Assembly (NCBI GenBank): GCA_029856155.1
Contig: JAHQWL010000011.1
Span: 1 to 61,474, forward strand
Reading direction: 5' to 3'
DNA: 61,474 nucleotides
Source: Promethearchaeia archaeon
Lineage (GTDB): Archaea; Asgardarchaeota; Lokiarchaeia; Sigyniarchaeales; SOKP01
Shown: piece after piece, positions 30,827-41,129 of the stretch
How positions within the stretch are numbered: position 1 is the stretch's first letter
Layout of the letters: the number at the start of each line of letters is the position of its first letter
Notes under the pieces: model-generated
What the model was told of the DNA's origin: nothing
What the model saw: the letters and a program-made list of their open reading frames with translations, nothing else
The model's database searches: none
Translations under genes and position numbers: made by a program

Positions 30827-32116
30827 TTGCTTGACATTGAGTTGTTCAGAAACAATCTTGATAATATAATTGAGTCCGAGAAAAAAAGGTTTAAGGAACC
30901 TATAAATGCTGAGAAGGTTTTAGAATACGATATTAAATGGAGGTCAGTGATACAAGAATTACAAGATTTAAGGAAAGAAAGAAATGAAATTTCAATTAAA
31001 ATTGGAGAATTGAAAAAATTAAATGAAAACAAAAAAGCAGAAGAAATAGTAAAAAAGTCAAAAGAAATTAAAGAAAAAATTGATGAATTAGAAACATTAA
31101 GAGAAGAATATTTTGAACAGCGAGAAAAATATCGTTATATGGTAGGAAATATTCTACATGAATCTGTTCCTATTGGTCAAACTGAAAAAGAAAATGAAAT
31201 TTTAAGGACTTTTGGAAAGGTACCAAAATTTGATTTTAAACCATTATCTCATGTTGATTTAATTGAAAAAATTGATGGCGTAGATATTAAAAAAGCTTCA
31301 GAACTTGTGGGTTCAAGATTCTTCTATTTAAAAGGAGACCTAGTTTTACTTAATTTAGCTCTTTTGAAATACGCATTAGACAAATTAATAAATAAGAATT
31401 ATAGCCCTATGTGGCCTCCCTTCTTTACAAAATATGAAGTGATGAAATCAGCAGCAGAATTAACAGATTTTGAAGATCAATTATATAAAATCCAGGATGA
31501 GGATTTATATATGATTGCTACATCTGAACAACCTTTAGCTGCTTATCATTATAATGAAATAATAGACCCAGAAAGGCTACCAATTAAATATGCAGGAATT
31601 TCTTCATGCTTTAGAAGAGAAGCGGGATCACATGGAAAGGATACTTTAGGAATTTTTAGAGTACATCGGTTTGAAAAAGTAGAACAATTTATTTTTTGTA
31701 AACCCGAAGATTCATGGAATTATCATGAGGAATTGATTAAAAATGCTGAAGAGATTTACAAGGAATTAAAATTACATTACAGAATTGTTAACATTGCTTC
31801 TGGAGAATTAAATGATAATGCAGCAAAGAAGTATGATTTAGAAGTATGGTTCCCTTCTTCAGAAACATACCGAGAATTAGTATCTTGCAGTAATTGTTTA
31901 GATTATCAAGCAAGAAAATTAAAAATTCGTATGGGAAAAGTTGGTTCCCTAGAAACGAAAGAAATCTTACATACCTTAAATTCAACTGCAATAGCAACCG
32001 AACGTACTATCTGTTGTATCCTTGAGAATTATCAAAACAAGGATCACTCAATATCAATACCTAAAGTACTCCAAAAATATATGGATGGCAGAAAGATTAT
32101 TAAGGCAATAAAATAA
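30827..32116 (+). CDS. serS: Seryl-tRNA synthetase (bacterial/eukaryotic type)
   Basis: MLDI start, N-terminal coiled arm, ATSEQP, FRREAGSHGKD, ELVSCSNC, HTLNSTAIATER. Confidence 0.98.
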   Translation: MLDIELFRNNLDNIIESEKKRFKEPINAEKVLEYDIKWRSVIQELQDLRKERNEISIKIGELKKLNENKKAEEIVKKSKEIKEKIDELETLREEYFEQREKYRYMVGNILHESVPIGQTEKENEILRTFGKVPKFDFKPLSHVDLIEKIDGVDIKKASELVGSRFFYLKGDLVLLNLALLKYALDKLINKNYSPMWPPFFTKYEVMKSAAELTDFEDQLYKIQDEDLYMIATSEQPLAAYHYNEIIDPERLPIKYAGISSCFRREAGSHGKDTLGIFRVHRFEKVEQFIFCKPEDSWNYHEELIKNAEEIYKELKLHYRIVNIASGELNDNAAKKYDLEVWFPSSETYRELVSCSNCLDYQARKLKIRMGKVGSLETKEILHTLNSTAIATERTICCILENYQNKDHSISIPKVLQKYMDGRKIIKAIK

Positions 32117-32134
32117 AACCTAATAGAAATTATA

Positions 32135-33367
32135 ATGATAGAAAAAGATTTAGAGGATTTCGAGGAATTTTATAAAGAGAAGCTCGAATCTCAATTTTTT
32201 AAATTAAGGAAAGCAATCAAAAAATTGATTGCTGGGATTAGAGAGAATTTAATTGAAATAAAAGTATGTTTAGATCACTTTTTAGAGACAGGTAAGGAAA
32301 AGATCGATCAAAAAGCTCAAAGATCATTAAACTTTTTCTCAGACAGAATTAGAAAAGAAATTGAAGAAATAGAAGTTCCTGAAAAGGAAATAAATTATGA
32401 TAACATCATGGAATTGTTAAATTCTATTAAAAAATTATTTACAAGTATTAATGAAATCGCTAGAAAATCTTTACCGAAGTTTCATAAAGAAGTTCAAGCA
32501 GAAATTAAAGAATTAAATTATATTACTCGCAAATTAGGTAAAAAACAAGCAGTTTTAGACGAATTTTTAAGAAAGAAGTATACCGATGTAAAAAATGCTG
32601 AAAATTTCCTTAAAAAGCTACCAAAGCTCTTTCACCTTAAAGAAAATATTGAACATACGAAGTTGGATTTAGATGAGTTTGAAAAGGAATTAGAGGAACG
32701 CAATAGAAAACAAGAAGAATTAAATTCAAATTTGTTAGATTTAGAAAAAAATGAACTTTTCAAGGCTTTGGAAGGAGAAAAGGACAACCTTTTTCAATTA
32801 CAATTAGCGATTAATGATGAAATAGGTTTTAAGAAAGCATTGAAAAAGCTTAAGTTTGAATTAGAAAAAGGTACAACTCATGCACCAAATATCGATTTAA
32901 ATTATTTAAGGGATTTTATTAAAAATCCAATTAAAATGTTAGCTAATGAACGAAAAGATTTACCAAAATTCACAAGTCTTATGGTACAACTACGGCATAT
33001 TTTGGAAGAGAACAAATTGAATCTTAAAACAGATACTAAACAAAAAACTATAGAACAAATAAACGCAATTTTTGAAGAAAAGCAATTACAGGAAAATATT
33101 GAAAAATATTTACAATTAAAAGATGAAATTAAAGAAATTGAAAAAAAAATTTTAGAAGCGGGGCTCGCTCAAAAATTAGATGATTTAAAAAATGAAATTT
33201 CTTCCAATACTGTGAAGTTAGAACACATTCAAAATGATTTTGAGAGAAAAAACAAAGATTATATCAGATATCTCGCCGCTCTTAAAACCGAAAGGGAAGA
33301 ATTCCAGAATTCTATAGAAGAAATCTTAAAGGAGAAAATTAAAATAAATATTACTTTTTCGTTTTAA
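32135..33367 (+). CDS. Long coiled-coil protein
   Basis: E/K/L-rich heptads over ~400 aa; no Walker motif. Confidence 0.75.
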   Translation: MIEKDLEDFEEFYKEKLESQFFKLRKAIKKLIAGIRENLIEIKVCLDHFLETGKEKIDQKAQRSLNFFSDRIRKEIEEIEVPEKEINYDNIMELLNSIKKLFTSINEIARKSLPKFHKEVQAEIKELNYITRKLGKKQAVLDEFLRKKYTDVKNAENFLKKLPKLFHLKENIEHTKLDLDEFEKELEERNRKQEELNSNLLDLEKNELFKALEGEKDNLFQLQLAINDEIGFKKALKKLKFELEKGTTHAPNIDLNYLRDFIKNPIKMLANERKDLPKFTSLMVQLRHILEENKLNLKTDTKQKTIEQINAIFEEKQLQENIEKYLQLKDEIKEIEKKILEAGLAQKLDDLKNEISSNTVKLEHIQNDFERKNKDYIRYLAALKTEREEFQNSIEEILKEKIKINITFSF

Positions 33368-33371
33368 TTCC

Positions 33372-34103
33372 TTATTTTCTTTCTGTTATTTTAAAAGATC
33401 GATTATTATTGGCATCAATTTTTTTGATGGAGTACTTTAAATTACTCTTTAAGAATCTAAAGACTTCTGTATCCATTAATTTAAGAATTTTTAAATACTC
33501 ATAAGCGAGTACTAAATCTTGTTTTATATCTATATCAAAACCAGCTCTAAAAGAATCATAGATAGCTATTTTATCTATTCCTCTGTTGTAAGCATTATTA
33601 AGTAAAGCAATTAAAGATGGTTTGTTTGGATGAGAAAAATATGATGAAATAATTTCAGGAGGATTCCTTCCCAAAATAGAGATTCCCGCAGAATGAATTG
33701 CAGGACATATAACTAACTGATTTTTCTTTATAAGTGTATTAATTTCATAGAAGTTTTCAGCAGAGATTAAAATTAAATCTAGAAAAGAAAATATTGTCTG
33801 TTCTGCATTATAATGTTTAATTGCAATATTGTTAAGATCTTTAATTACATTATCAAACGATTTAGGCGGAATTGTTAATTCCTCTTTAATCCCTATTAAA
33901 TCATAGTTATTAGCAATTTCTAATATTTCAGGCGTATTACAATAAACTATCTTTTGATCAAAACAATCCACTTGTGCTAAAGTTTTTCCAAGATCCTTAA
34001 ACATTGCAATTGTTAAATCTCTAAGTTGATCAACTGAAAAACAATCTCTGAGACGCGATTTTGTCCTCGATAACGGGGCAATAGGAATCAATAGAATACT
34101 CAT
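33372..34103 (-). CDS. cofC: CofC-like 2-phospho-L-lactate/PEP guanylyltransferase (F420 biosynthesis), divergent
   Basis: IPIAPLSRTKSRL...AMFKD, DL, and FDIDIKQDL motifs. Confidence 0.75.
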   Translation of the reverse strand: MSILLIPIAPLSRTKSRLRDCFSVDQLRDLTIAMFKDLGKTLAQVDCFDQKIVYCNTPEILEIANNYDLIGIKEELTIPPKSFDNVIKDLNNIAIKHYNAEQTIFSFLDLILISAENFYEINTLIKKNQLVICPAIHSAGISILGRNPPEIISSYFSHPNKPSLIALLNNAYNRGIDKIAIYDSFRAGFDIDIKQDLVLAYEYLKILKLMDTEVFRFLKSNLKYSIKKIDANNNRSFKITERK

Positions 34104-34190
34104 AATAATTGCTTAAAGAACCTCTAAACAAAAAAAAAATGTAAGTATTAAAGTCAAAAATAAATTTTAATATTTAAGATTATTTGGAAT

Positions 34191-34748
34191 TTATTTAAAA
34201 GTATTTAAAATTTGAACTGATAAACTTTCAAATGCCTTATCAACATTGTCATTCAATTTCGCTGAAGTTTCAAAATATTTAACTCCTAATTCTCTAAGCT
34301 TGTTTTCTATTACTTCTGCACTAATTTCTCTTTTCAAGTCTAGCTTATTTCCAACCACTATATATGGTATGTCTCCACTTAATTCCTTTAATTTTGAAAT
34401 CCAAAAATCTATATGATCAAAAGAAGAGATTTTTTCTAAGCTAAAAATAACCATGGCTCCAACTGCTTGGACAAAATAATATTCATTGGCCCAAAGTTTA
34501 TCTGTTTGCCCTCCAATATCCCAAAAATAGAGCTTGAATCCCTTTTGTTTTATATCATTCTTTAATTTTAGATTTTTTAACTTTAATTTATCAATTATTT
34601 TGCCTAAATCGATTTCCTTTATTAAGAAATTTGCTCCTATAGTTTGATGGTATGATTCACTAAAGTGGCCGTCAACGTATTGAGCTAATAGACTTGTTTT
34701 GCCAACTCCCGCATCTCCGCATAAAATTACTTTTCCACGGTAAGACAT
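34191..34748 (-). CDS. Rab-like small GTPase
   Basis: G1 GDAGVGKT, G2 YHQTIG, G3 WDIGGQ, G4 NKLD, G5 ETSAK. Confidence 0.95.
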   Translation of the reverse strand: MSYRGKVILCGDAGVGKTSLLAQYVDGHFSESYHQTIGANFLIKEIDLGKIIDKLKLKNLKLKNDIKQKGFKLYFWDIGGQTDKLWANEYYFVQAVGAMVIFSLEKISSFDHIDFWISKLKELSGDIPYIVVGNKLDLKREISAEVIENKLRELGVKYFETSAKLNDNVDKAFESLSVQILNTFK

Positions 34749-34864
34749 TAGACTTTTTTCCCTAATTCTTGAATAATATTTAAGATTTATTTATAAGATT
34801 TTGATTTTAGTTATATATTTTTCTAATAATTTACAATAATATATTTTTAATTTAATTAAAAAAT

Positions 34865-35695
34865 CTAATTTTTTTGTACTAATTGAATAGATTTACATTC
34901 ACTTGTAATGAAATGTTTAAACAAATGTTCATATCCTACAATCTGTTTTGGAGTACCATTTTCTAACCATAATCCTGATGTATATTCTGGTGCTTCTCGC
35001 ACACTATCTAAGGTGGTAAGGAGAAATTGATTATCAGTTATCAATAACCCAAAGGGAATAACATTATCTCCTTCAATAGAATGAATAATCACTGAGATTT
35101 TTAATAACTTTTTAATTTCTTCTTTTAAAAGTTCATTATATTTCAAAGCAACAACGATTTCAATTTCTGAAGAGAATTTTTTATTCCAAAGTTCCTTTAG
35201 TACCCAATCATAACCTCCTAATTCTTGCATAAGCAAATCAGGGGTAATTATAAAAAAGATCCTCTCTTTTGCTGAAATAATTAATTCTTTAACTTTTTTC
35301 CGAATTTTAGACCTAGAATTAATTGACCAAACCCGTGGTTCAGATTCCTCTTTATCAATTTCCAATCCACTGATAATCTTTTCTAATGAGAGAGTATCTT
35401 CAATTTTTGTTTTATATTCATCCCGAATTACCTTAAAAATTCTTTCAATAGGGATTACTTGATAATTAGCACCGCGTTTAATAGGTTCTTTTTGGATAAA
35501 GCCTTTTTCAATTAATCGGTTCAAAGAATCATAAACCCTTGCTCGATCAACCCCTGAATGCTTTGCAATATCTGCTGGGCTTAAAATCTTGAACTTACAT
35601 AATGTAAGTAATACTTTGGAGTCATTTTTCGTAAATCCCAATGTTTGAAGTGCTTCTTCAATTTCAGATTCATTTAGCTTTTTCTTTGTCGACAT
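34865..35695 (-). CDS. TrmB-family transcriptional regulator
   Basis: LGFTKNDSKV...ADIAKHSGVDRARVYDSLNRLIEKG wHTH plus effector domain. Confidence 0.9.
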   Translation of the reverse strand: MSTKKKLNESEIEEALQTLGFTKNDSKVLLTLCKFKILSPADIAKHSGVDRARVYDSLNRLIEKGFIQKEPIKRGANYQVIPIERIFKVIRDEYKTKIEDTLSLEKIISGLEIDKEESEPRVWSINSRSKIRKKVKELIISAKERIFFIITPDLLMQELGGYDWVLKELWNKKFSSEIEIVVALKYNELLKEEIKKLLKISVIIHSIEGDNVIPFGLLITDNQFLLTTLDSVREAPEYTSGLWLENGTPKQIVGYEHLFKHFITSECKSIQLVQKN

Positions 35696-36319
35696 AAATT
35701 TTAAAAAACTAGTAGCAAAATCTGTACATATTTTTTATAATACTCTAATCAAACATTTAATATTTTAATTTTTAGATTTAAAAAAAACATAATACTATCA
35801 TTTATTAGATTTTAGGATTTTCAAGCTGAAATATTTCTTATCTTAAAACTTTATGAATTTGTTAAAAATCGAAAAAATTGATTTGTAATTATTTATAATA
35901 GAGAGTATTTATTGAATTGTTGATAACAGTTAAAATTGAAAAAAATTAGAAATCACCTCTTTATAAGGTAAAACATATAGTTTTTTTAATTCCCGATTCA
36001 GTAATCTTTTAATAAATTTTAATTTATGATTAATAAATTTTCAACTGGATCAATTGGATTATTAATTATAGTAAAACATAAAAAAATCAAGAAACTATGG
36101 CTCTATTTAATAAATAAAAAAAATTGTTTTTAGTCGGAAAAATTAATATCAAATTAATAAAACGATCTCATTTTCGATTCAATATGATCTCTTAGTGCTC
36201 TTTCATACTGATATTAATTCCAATCATAACATTTATATAATAGAAATGTGTAGTTATACATAATTAACATCTAAAAAATAAACAAAAATAAACTAATTAA
36301 ATAGTGGAGGAATATAATT

Positions 36320-36553
36320 ATGGCTAAAAAGAAAGCACCTGCTAAGAAATCTGAAGGATATATTGCTAAAGCTCCAATAAGACGCTTAATGAAAAAAGAG
36401 GGGGCAGATCTCGTAGCAGCAGAAGCATTAGATAAGTTAATTAATTTTCTTGAAAATAGTGCAGCTACAGCAACTAAAGATGCTATTAAAGTTTGTAAAG
36501 CTGATAAGCGTAAGCGAGTAACAGCAGCAGATATTCGAAATGCTACAAGATAA
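36320..36553 (+). CDS. Archaeal histone with short Lys-rich N-terminal tail
   Basis: Histone fold IAKAPIRRLMKKEGA...A...KRKRVTAADI; tail MAKKKAPAKKSEG; GGAGG SD. Confidence 0.93.
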   Translation: MAKKKAPAKKSEGYIAKAPIRRLMKKEGADLVAAEALDKLINFLENSAATATKDAIKVCKADKRKRVTAADIRNATR

Positions 36554-36633
36554 ACGTTTCAGATTTTTATAATTAAGAATCATTTTTTTTCTTTTTTTTA
36601 TTAATAGGAGTTTTTACATAATTCATTTGAAAC

Positions 36634-37155
36634 TTATTCAAAATTATTAAAAAACTCCTCATTTAGAAATTGATGAATAATGTTCTCTAACTTTAGTTTA
36701 ACAGAATCTAAACTTTCGGGTAAAACGCGAGTTTCTCCAATTATATCAATAAATCCAAGTTCAGAGCCATATCTAGGAATTACGTGAAAATGTAAATGTT
36801 CTATGCTACCCCCTGCATCTCGTCCTTGATTGATTCCAATATTATACCCTTTAGGGCTATATAAATCGTCTAATAACAATTGTATTCCTTGTATAGTCCT
36901 ATTAATATGGACTAGTTCTTCTTTAGTTAGTTCAATGAATTTAGTTAAATGCCTATGAGTAACAATCATTAAATGGGCAGGATTATACGGGTATAGATTT
37001 AATACAATAAAACATAAATTATCTTCATAAATTTTTAGGGATTTAACTCTCTCATCGTTATCACGCACAGCGCATAATATGCAATCTACATTTGGTCTTT
37101 CTTTTCCCTGAACGTAATCCAATTTTCCTAGTGCTTGCAACCACTTCTTAAAAAT
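36634..37155 (-). CDS. HIT-family hydrolase (Ap4A hydrolase-like); start possibly ATT at 37155
   Basis: CILC, LNLYPYNPAH, GINQG, HLHFHVIPR histidine triad. Confidence 0.92.
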   Translation of the reverse strand: MFKKWLQALGKLDYVQGKERPNVDCILCAVRDNDERVKSLKIYEDNLCFIVLNLYPYNPAHLMIVTHRHLTKFIELTKEELVHINRTIQGIQLLLDDLYSPKGYNIGINQGRDAGGSIEHLHFHVIPRYGSELGFIDIIGETRVLPESLDSVKLKLENIIHQFLNEEFFNNFE

Positions 37156-37185
37156 TTTAATTCACCATAATATATAAAATTGAAA

Positions 37186-37716
37186 TCATGAATAGAGAGA
37201 AAAGTCGGAGTCGGATGTAAATTCTTTAGCTTTCATAAAATCTTCTGGTTTTATTTTACCGGCACAATAATCGTCTAAAATAAAATTACTATAAGTAGCA
37301 CCATTAAAAACCTTTCGAACCATTTTAAAAAAAGAATTTTTAGAGATAAATTCATCCTTATTAAGAAATCTTTGATCTATTATTTCATATCTATGATTTT
37401 TTATATCTATTCGATAGAAAACATCTTTTAAAAGAAATGATTTTCTTAAATCCATGAAAAAATTCATTTTTTTTGTAATTTCCAAGGAATTCAAAGCGTT
37501 TATGTGTGGTTCTGAAATTTGAACTCCTAAACTAACAATAATTAAACCTTTATTTTTAGGTCGAAAAACTAGCATATTCCTACCAACTGGACTTGGAGGA
37601 AAAATGAATTGGAATCCAAATTCAAGCTTAGGATCAGAAACTTTTCCTCGTAATAATCCTTCGTCTAATAGATAGTCTTGGATTAGTTGTGTGATATTAC
37701 TTTCTTTACTCGACAT
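37186..37716 (-). CDS. DUF2299-like protein
   Basis: IQDYLLDEG N-terminal pattern and overall layout; family call from recall. Confidence 0.6.
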   Translation of the reverse strand: MSSKESNITQLIQDYLLDEGLLRGKVSDPKLEFGFQFIFPPSPVGRNMLVFRPKNKGLIIVSLGVQISEPHINALNSLEITKKMNFFMDLRKSFLLKDVFYRIDIKNHRYEIIDQRFLNKDEFISKNSFFKMVRKVFNGATYSNFILDDYCAGKIKPEDFMKAKEFTSDSDFSLYS

Positions 37717-37815
37717 TATAATTCAGTAAGGTTAAGAATGAAGTTAGTTTTATATTTTTTTTCAAGAAAGGATATTAATTTCTACCTTTTTCAATCTGAA
37801 AGAATTAATAGAAAA

Positions 37816-38169
37816 TCAATATTTACCTTTTGGTCTGGGTTGAGGTTTAATTTCAGCGGATTTTAGTACTTTGATATTGCTTTCTAAATCTTCCTTAGGC
37901 GTACAATAAATCACTTGAAGAGAATCTAAGTCAATGTAAATCTTGCCAACGATACCTAAACCCATTAGTTGGTTATCTTTATTAACAAATGTATGGTCTA
38001 TATTCATTTTAATTGCTTTCTTTCCCCCTTCAAGTTCCACTAAAGAGGGTTTACAAGCAGTAAATCCAGGACCTCGTTTTTGAATTAAATAATTCATTAA
38101 GGCAAAATCGAGTTCATCATTGATTTCTCCTTGTTCTTGAATGATTTTAATTATACTTGGATCTTGCAT
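37816..38169 (-). CDS. Hypothetical protein
   Basis: 117 aa ORF with ATG start. Confidence 0.7.
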   Translation of the reverse strand: MQDPSIIKIIQEQGEINDELDFALMNYLIQKRGPGFTACKPSLVELEGGKKAIKMNIDHTFVNKDNQLMGLGIVGKIYIDLDSLQVIYCTPKEDLESNIKVLKSAEIKPQPRPKGKY

Positions 38170-38269
38170 CTCGACAAAAATTTTCTTATTATAAATAAAT
38201 TCGGTATAACTAATTTTTATTTTTTTGGTTAGTCCAATATTTAAAAAAAAATATGGAATTAAGATTTAA

Positions 38270-38524
38270 TTAATCCTTTTCTTCACAAATAACCTCATCT
38301 AGACTGTGTAAAGCACAATTATTCATTGAAAGTGTTTCAGTTATTTCTTCAATGGATAGATTACTCCCCTCAATGTGAATATGTAAAGAAGCTGTCTTTT
38401 GATCTAATTCATCTACTTTAACACTAACTCTTGTTACTCCATTAACTTTCATTAATTCTTTAGCCACAATATATGAATCTGGTTGATGAGGTTTTAGAAC
38501 ATCCAAAAGAAATTCTACTTTCAT
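38270..38524 (-). CDS. DUF211-family protein
   Basis: LDVLKPHQP and ALHSLDEV motifs. Confidence 0.88.
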   Translation of the reverse strand: MKVEFLLDVLKPHQPDSYIVAKELMKVNGVTRVSVKVDELDQKTASLHIHIEGSNLSIEEITETLSMNNCALHSLDEVICEEKD

Positions 38525-38605
38525 TATTTTAGGTTAAACCCTTGTATTTAATATTTCAATAAAAGATTTAGTGGATATTTTATTGATATTTTATAAATTT
38601 CTTTT

Positions 38606-39298
38606 TTAATTTATAAGTTTTTCAATTTCTTCTATTAATTTTAATGGTATTTCATTTTCTTTAACTATTTTATCTGCTATTTGGAGGGTTTTAACTTTAG
38701 CTAACTTGGTATGTAATGCTATAGAATGAGCTCCTACATTGATAGCAGCCTCAATATCACGGATATTATCTCCAATTATTAAAATTTCGTCGGATTCTAC
38801 TTTTAATTGTTTACATATATAAGTTAAATGTTCTGGATGGGGTTTTAAATTGGTGACATTATCTCTTCCAACAATTAAATTAAAATAATGTAATAGATTC
38901 ACATTTCTGAGAGAAGTTTCAGCATTTTTTTTTGTATTAAAGGTAAAAATTGCTTGTTTTAGGTTATTATCCTTAGCAAATTCTAAGACTTTATCTATTC
39001 CATTTATCATTTTAGCATCCCTAGCAGCTTCATATTCTATTTTAATGATTTCATTATCCACTTCTTCTATTATATCATTTATTTTTCTCTGAGCTAAGCC
39101 TTCCTTTTCAAAAAATTCTCTGGCAGATTTCATATTTTCTAAAATAGAAATATTGACGGTAAGGAGCTGTTTAGGAACACCATATTTTTTTAAGATTTCT
39201 ATAGCAGTTCTTCTTGCTCTTAAATAATCGATTTTAAAATGAATTAATGTACCATCTAAATCCCAAACGATTGCTTTAATAGGTTTTTTTCTCTGCAT
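38606..39298 (-). CDS. HAD-superfamily phosphatase (PGP-like)
   Basis: WDLDGTL, KPHP, IGDNIRDI. Confidence 0.92.
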   Translation of the reverse strand: MQRKKPIKAIVWDLDGTLIHFKIDYLRARRTAIEILKKYGVPKQLLTVNISILENMKSAREFFEKEGLAQRKINDIIEEVDNEIIKIEYEAARDAKMINGIDKVLEFAKDNNLKQAIFTFNTKKNAETSLRNVNLLHYFNLIVGRDNVTNLKPHPEHLTYICKQLKVESDEILIIGDNIRDIEAAINVGAHSIALHTKLAKVKTLQIADKIVKENEIPLKLIEEIEKLIN

Positions 39299-39871
39299 TT
39301 AATATACCAAATCTGAATAGATAGGACCAGTAGGAGTCAGCTGTGATTTTTTTAATTTTACTTGATCAATACTAAAGGCCCCAAACTCTAAATTTTTATT
39401 CTCACTAATTAAATTCTTAAGTGTATCAAATGTTTTATAATTTATTTTACCCATTTTAAGGCGTGCAATCGTCAGATGAGGTTTAAATTTTGTTCTCTTA
39501 TCGCGTTCAATGTGTAATTTATCAAATAAGTAATCTTCAATTGAATCCTTAATATTTTGCAGGAATTGAATATCGCCTATTAGTTTTGTCCATAGAACTG
39601 AAAACTTATTAAATTGGCCAACTCCTTTCAGAAAATAACTGAAAGTCTTCCCCTGAAATAATTTTTCATTAATATCTTCCTGTAAAATCCTGTAAATCTT
39701 AGGTGCTAAAGCTTCAGGTATATTTCCTAAAAATTTCATTGTCATATGTAAATTTTCAGGTTCTACCAGTTTAATCTTCGGCTGATTTTGCTTTATCCTT
39801 TGAGAAAATAAAGTTAATTTCTCGATAGTTTCTAAATCTTTTAATTCAATAGCGATAAATGATCTAATCAT
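39299..39871 (-). CDS. thpR: RNA 2',3'-cyclic phosphodiesterase (2H family)
   Basis: RSFIAI, HMTMKFLG and PHLTIAR (two HxT motifs), GPIY; ATG at 39871 overlaps the upstream stop (ATGA). Confidence 0.93.
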   Translation of the reverse strand: MIRSFIAIELKDLETIEKLTLFSQRIKQNQPKIKLVEPENLHMTMKFLGNIPEALAPKIYRILQEDINEKLFQGKTFSYFLKGVGQFNKFSVLWTKLIGDIQFLQNIKDSIEDYLFDKLHIERDKRTKFKPHLTIARLKMGKINYKTFDTLKNLISENKNLEFGAFSIDQVKLKKSQLTPTGPIYSDLVY

Positions 39872-41007
39872 TTTGCATCCCAATAATTAAAAATTTTCCA
39901 ATTTTTTTTTGTTATTAATTTTTTTTGATCTGGAATAATATGAATTTCTCCTAAATCTTCTAGAGAAGATGATTTTATAATCTTAATGATATCTTTTAGA
40001 AAGATTATATTCATTTTAGCACGAGTATTTCCATCTGCGGAGGCATTATGTGGCATTAGAATCATTCTCATATTTGGTTGTTCACGTTTAATATTTTTCA
40101 ATCTCCTAAGAGTTTTAACATCAATAGGTTCTATAGGAAAAACATCAAAAGCAATATTTATTTTAATTTCTTTATTTTTTAACATGTCTAAAAGAGTTTT
40201 CAGTTCTAAAATACCTCCTCGTGCACTATTTATTAGTAAAGCCCCTTTTTTCATTAACTTTAGTAAGTCTCGATTCACTAAATTTTCAGTATGTTTATTT
40301 AAGGGAACATGTAGACTCACTATATCTGATTCTCTAAAGATATCCTCAATATTATTTTTAAATTTAATTAAAGGATAATCCTTTTCAAACTGTTCCATTT
40401 GATTATTGTCATTATAAAGGATCCTTACGCCCCAGGGATACAATCTTCTTACTATTTCTTTCCCAATTTCACCCAACCCTACAATTCCGAGTGTTTTTTC
40501 TGAGATTACAGAGGAGAGAGAATTGTCTAAATCCCATTTATCATCAGGAGTCCATTTTTCATCCCATACATAATTATGGAGATCAATTATATTCCTTAAA
40601 TTCGCCATTATTAGTGCTATAGTATAATCTGCTACAGTTTCGTAAAGAACTCCAGGAGTATGCGTAATCAATATATCATCTTTTTCAGTTCTTTGAATAT
40701 GATTATATCCTGCAGTGGATGTTGAAATTGCGAAAATCTTTGAGTTTTTTAATGCCTTAGAGGATATTGGATGACTTAAATGGCATCCAAGAAGGTCCGG
40801 ATTGAATATTCTTATTTCTTTTTCAACTTCTTCCTCTGAAGGGAATCTTCCATTGAAATATTTAAATTCTGCTATTTGATCTAATTCTTGCCATAAATCC
40901 TCAATAGTATTGCGATAATTTTCAGAGATTCGCTCATTAGAGCCAATCTCCTTTATTGAGAATACATTTGAGGTAAAATATACCTTAGGTTTATAGGTCA
41001 TATCCAT
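39868..41007 (-). CDS. D-isomer-specific 2-hydroxyacid dehydrogenase (glyoxylate reductase-like)
   Basis: GIVGLGEIG, SLHVPL, INSARG, DVFPIEP, PHNAS. Confidence 0.92.
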   Translation of the reverse strand: MDMTYKPKVYFTSNVFSIKEIGSNERISENYRNTIEDLWQELDQIAEFKYFNGRFPSEEEVEKEIRIFNPDLLGCHLSHPISSKALKNSKIFAISTSTAGYNHIQRTEKDDILITHTPGVLYETVADYTIALIMANLRNIIDLHNYVWDEKWTPDDKWDLDNSLSSVISEKTLGIVGLGEIGKEIVRRLYPWGVRILYNDNNQMEQFEKDYPLIKFKNNIEDIFRESDIVSLHVPLNKHTENLVNRDLLKLMKKGALLINSARGGILELKTLLDMLKNKEIKINIAFDVFPIEPIDVKTLRRLKNIKREQPNMRMILMPHNASADGNTRAKMNIIFLKDIIKIIKSSSLEDLGEIHIIPDQKKLITKKNWKIFNYWDAK

Positions 41008-41129
41008 ATCCAGAAGTAGTGAATATTTAAAATTAATAGTAAATCGAATATATTTGTATCTTTGCTATTATCAAGATTTATTAAAATCAAATCTAATTTA
41101 TAATTAACAAAACTTAATGATGGTAGAAA

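Noticed and set aside
32135-33367. SMC/Rad50 or ESCRT-III assignment for the coiled-coil protein
   Set aside because: No Walker A/B or hinge motif and no recognisable Snf7 pattern; left as generic coiled coil
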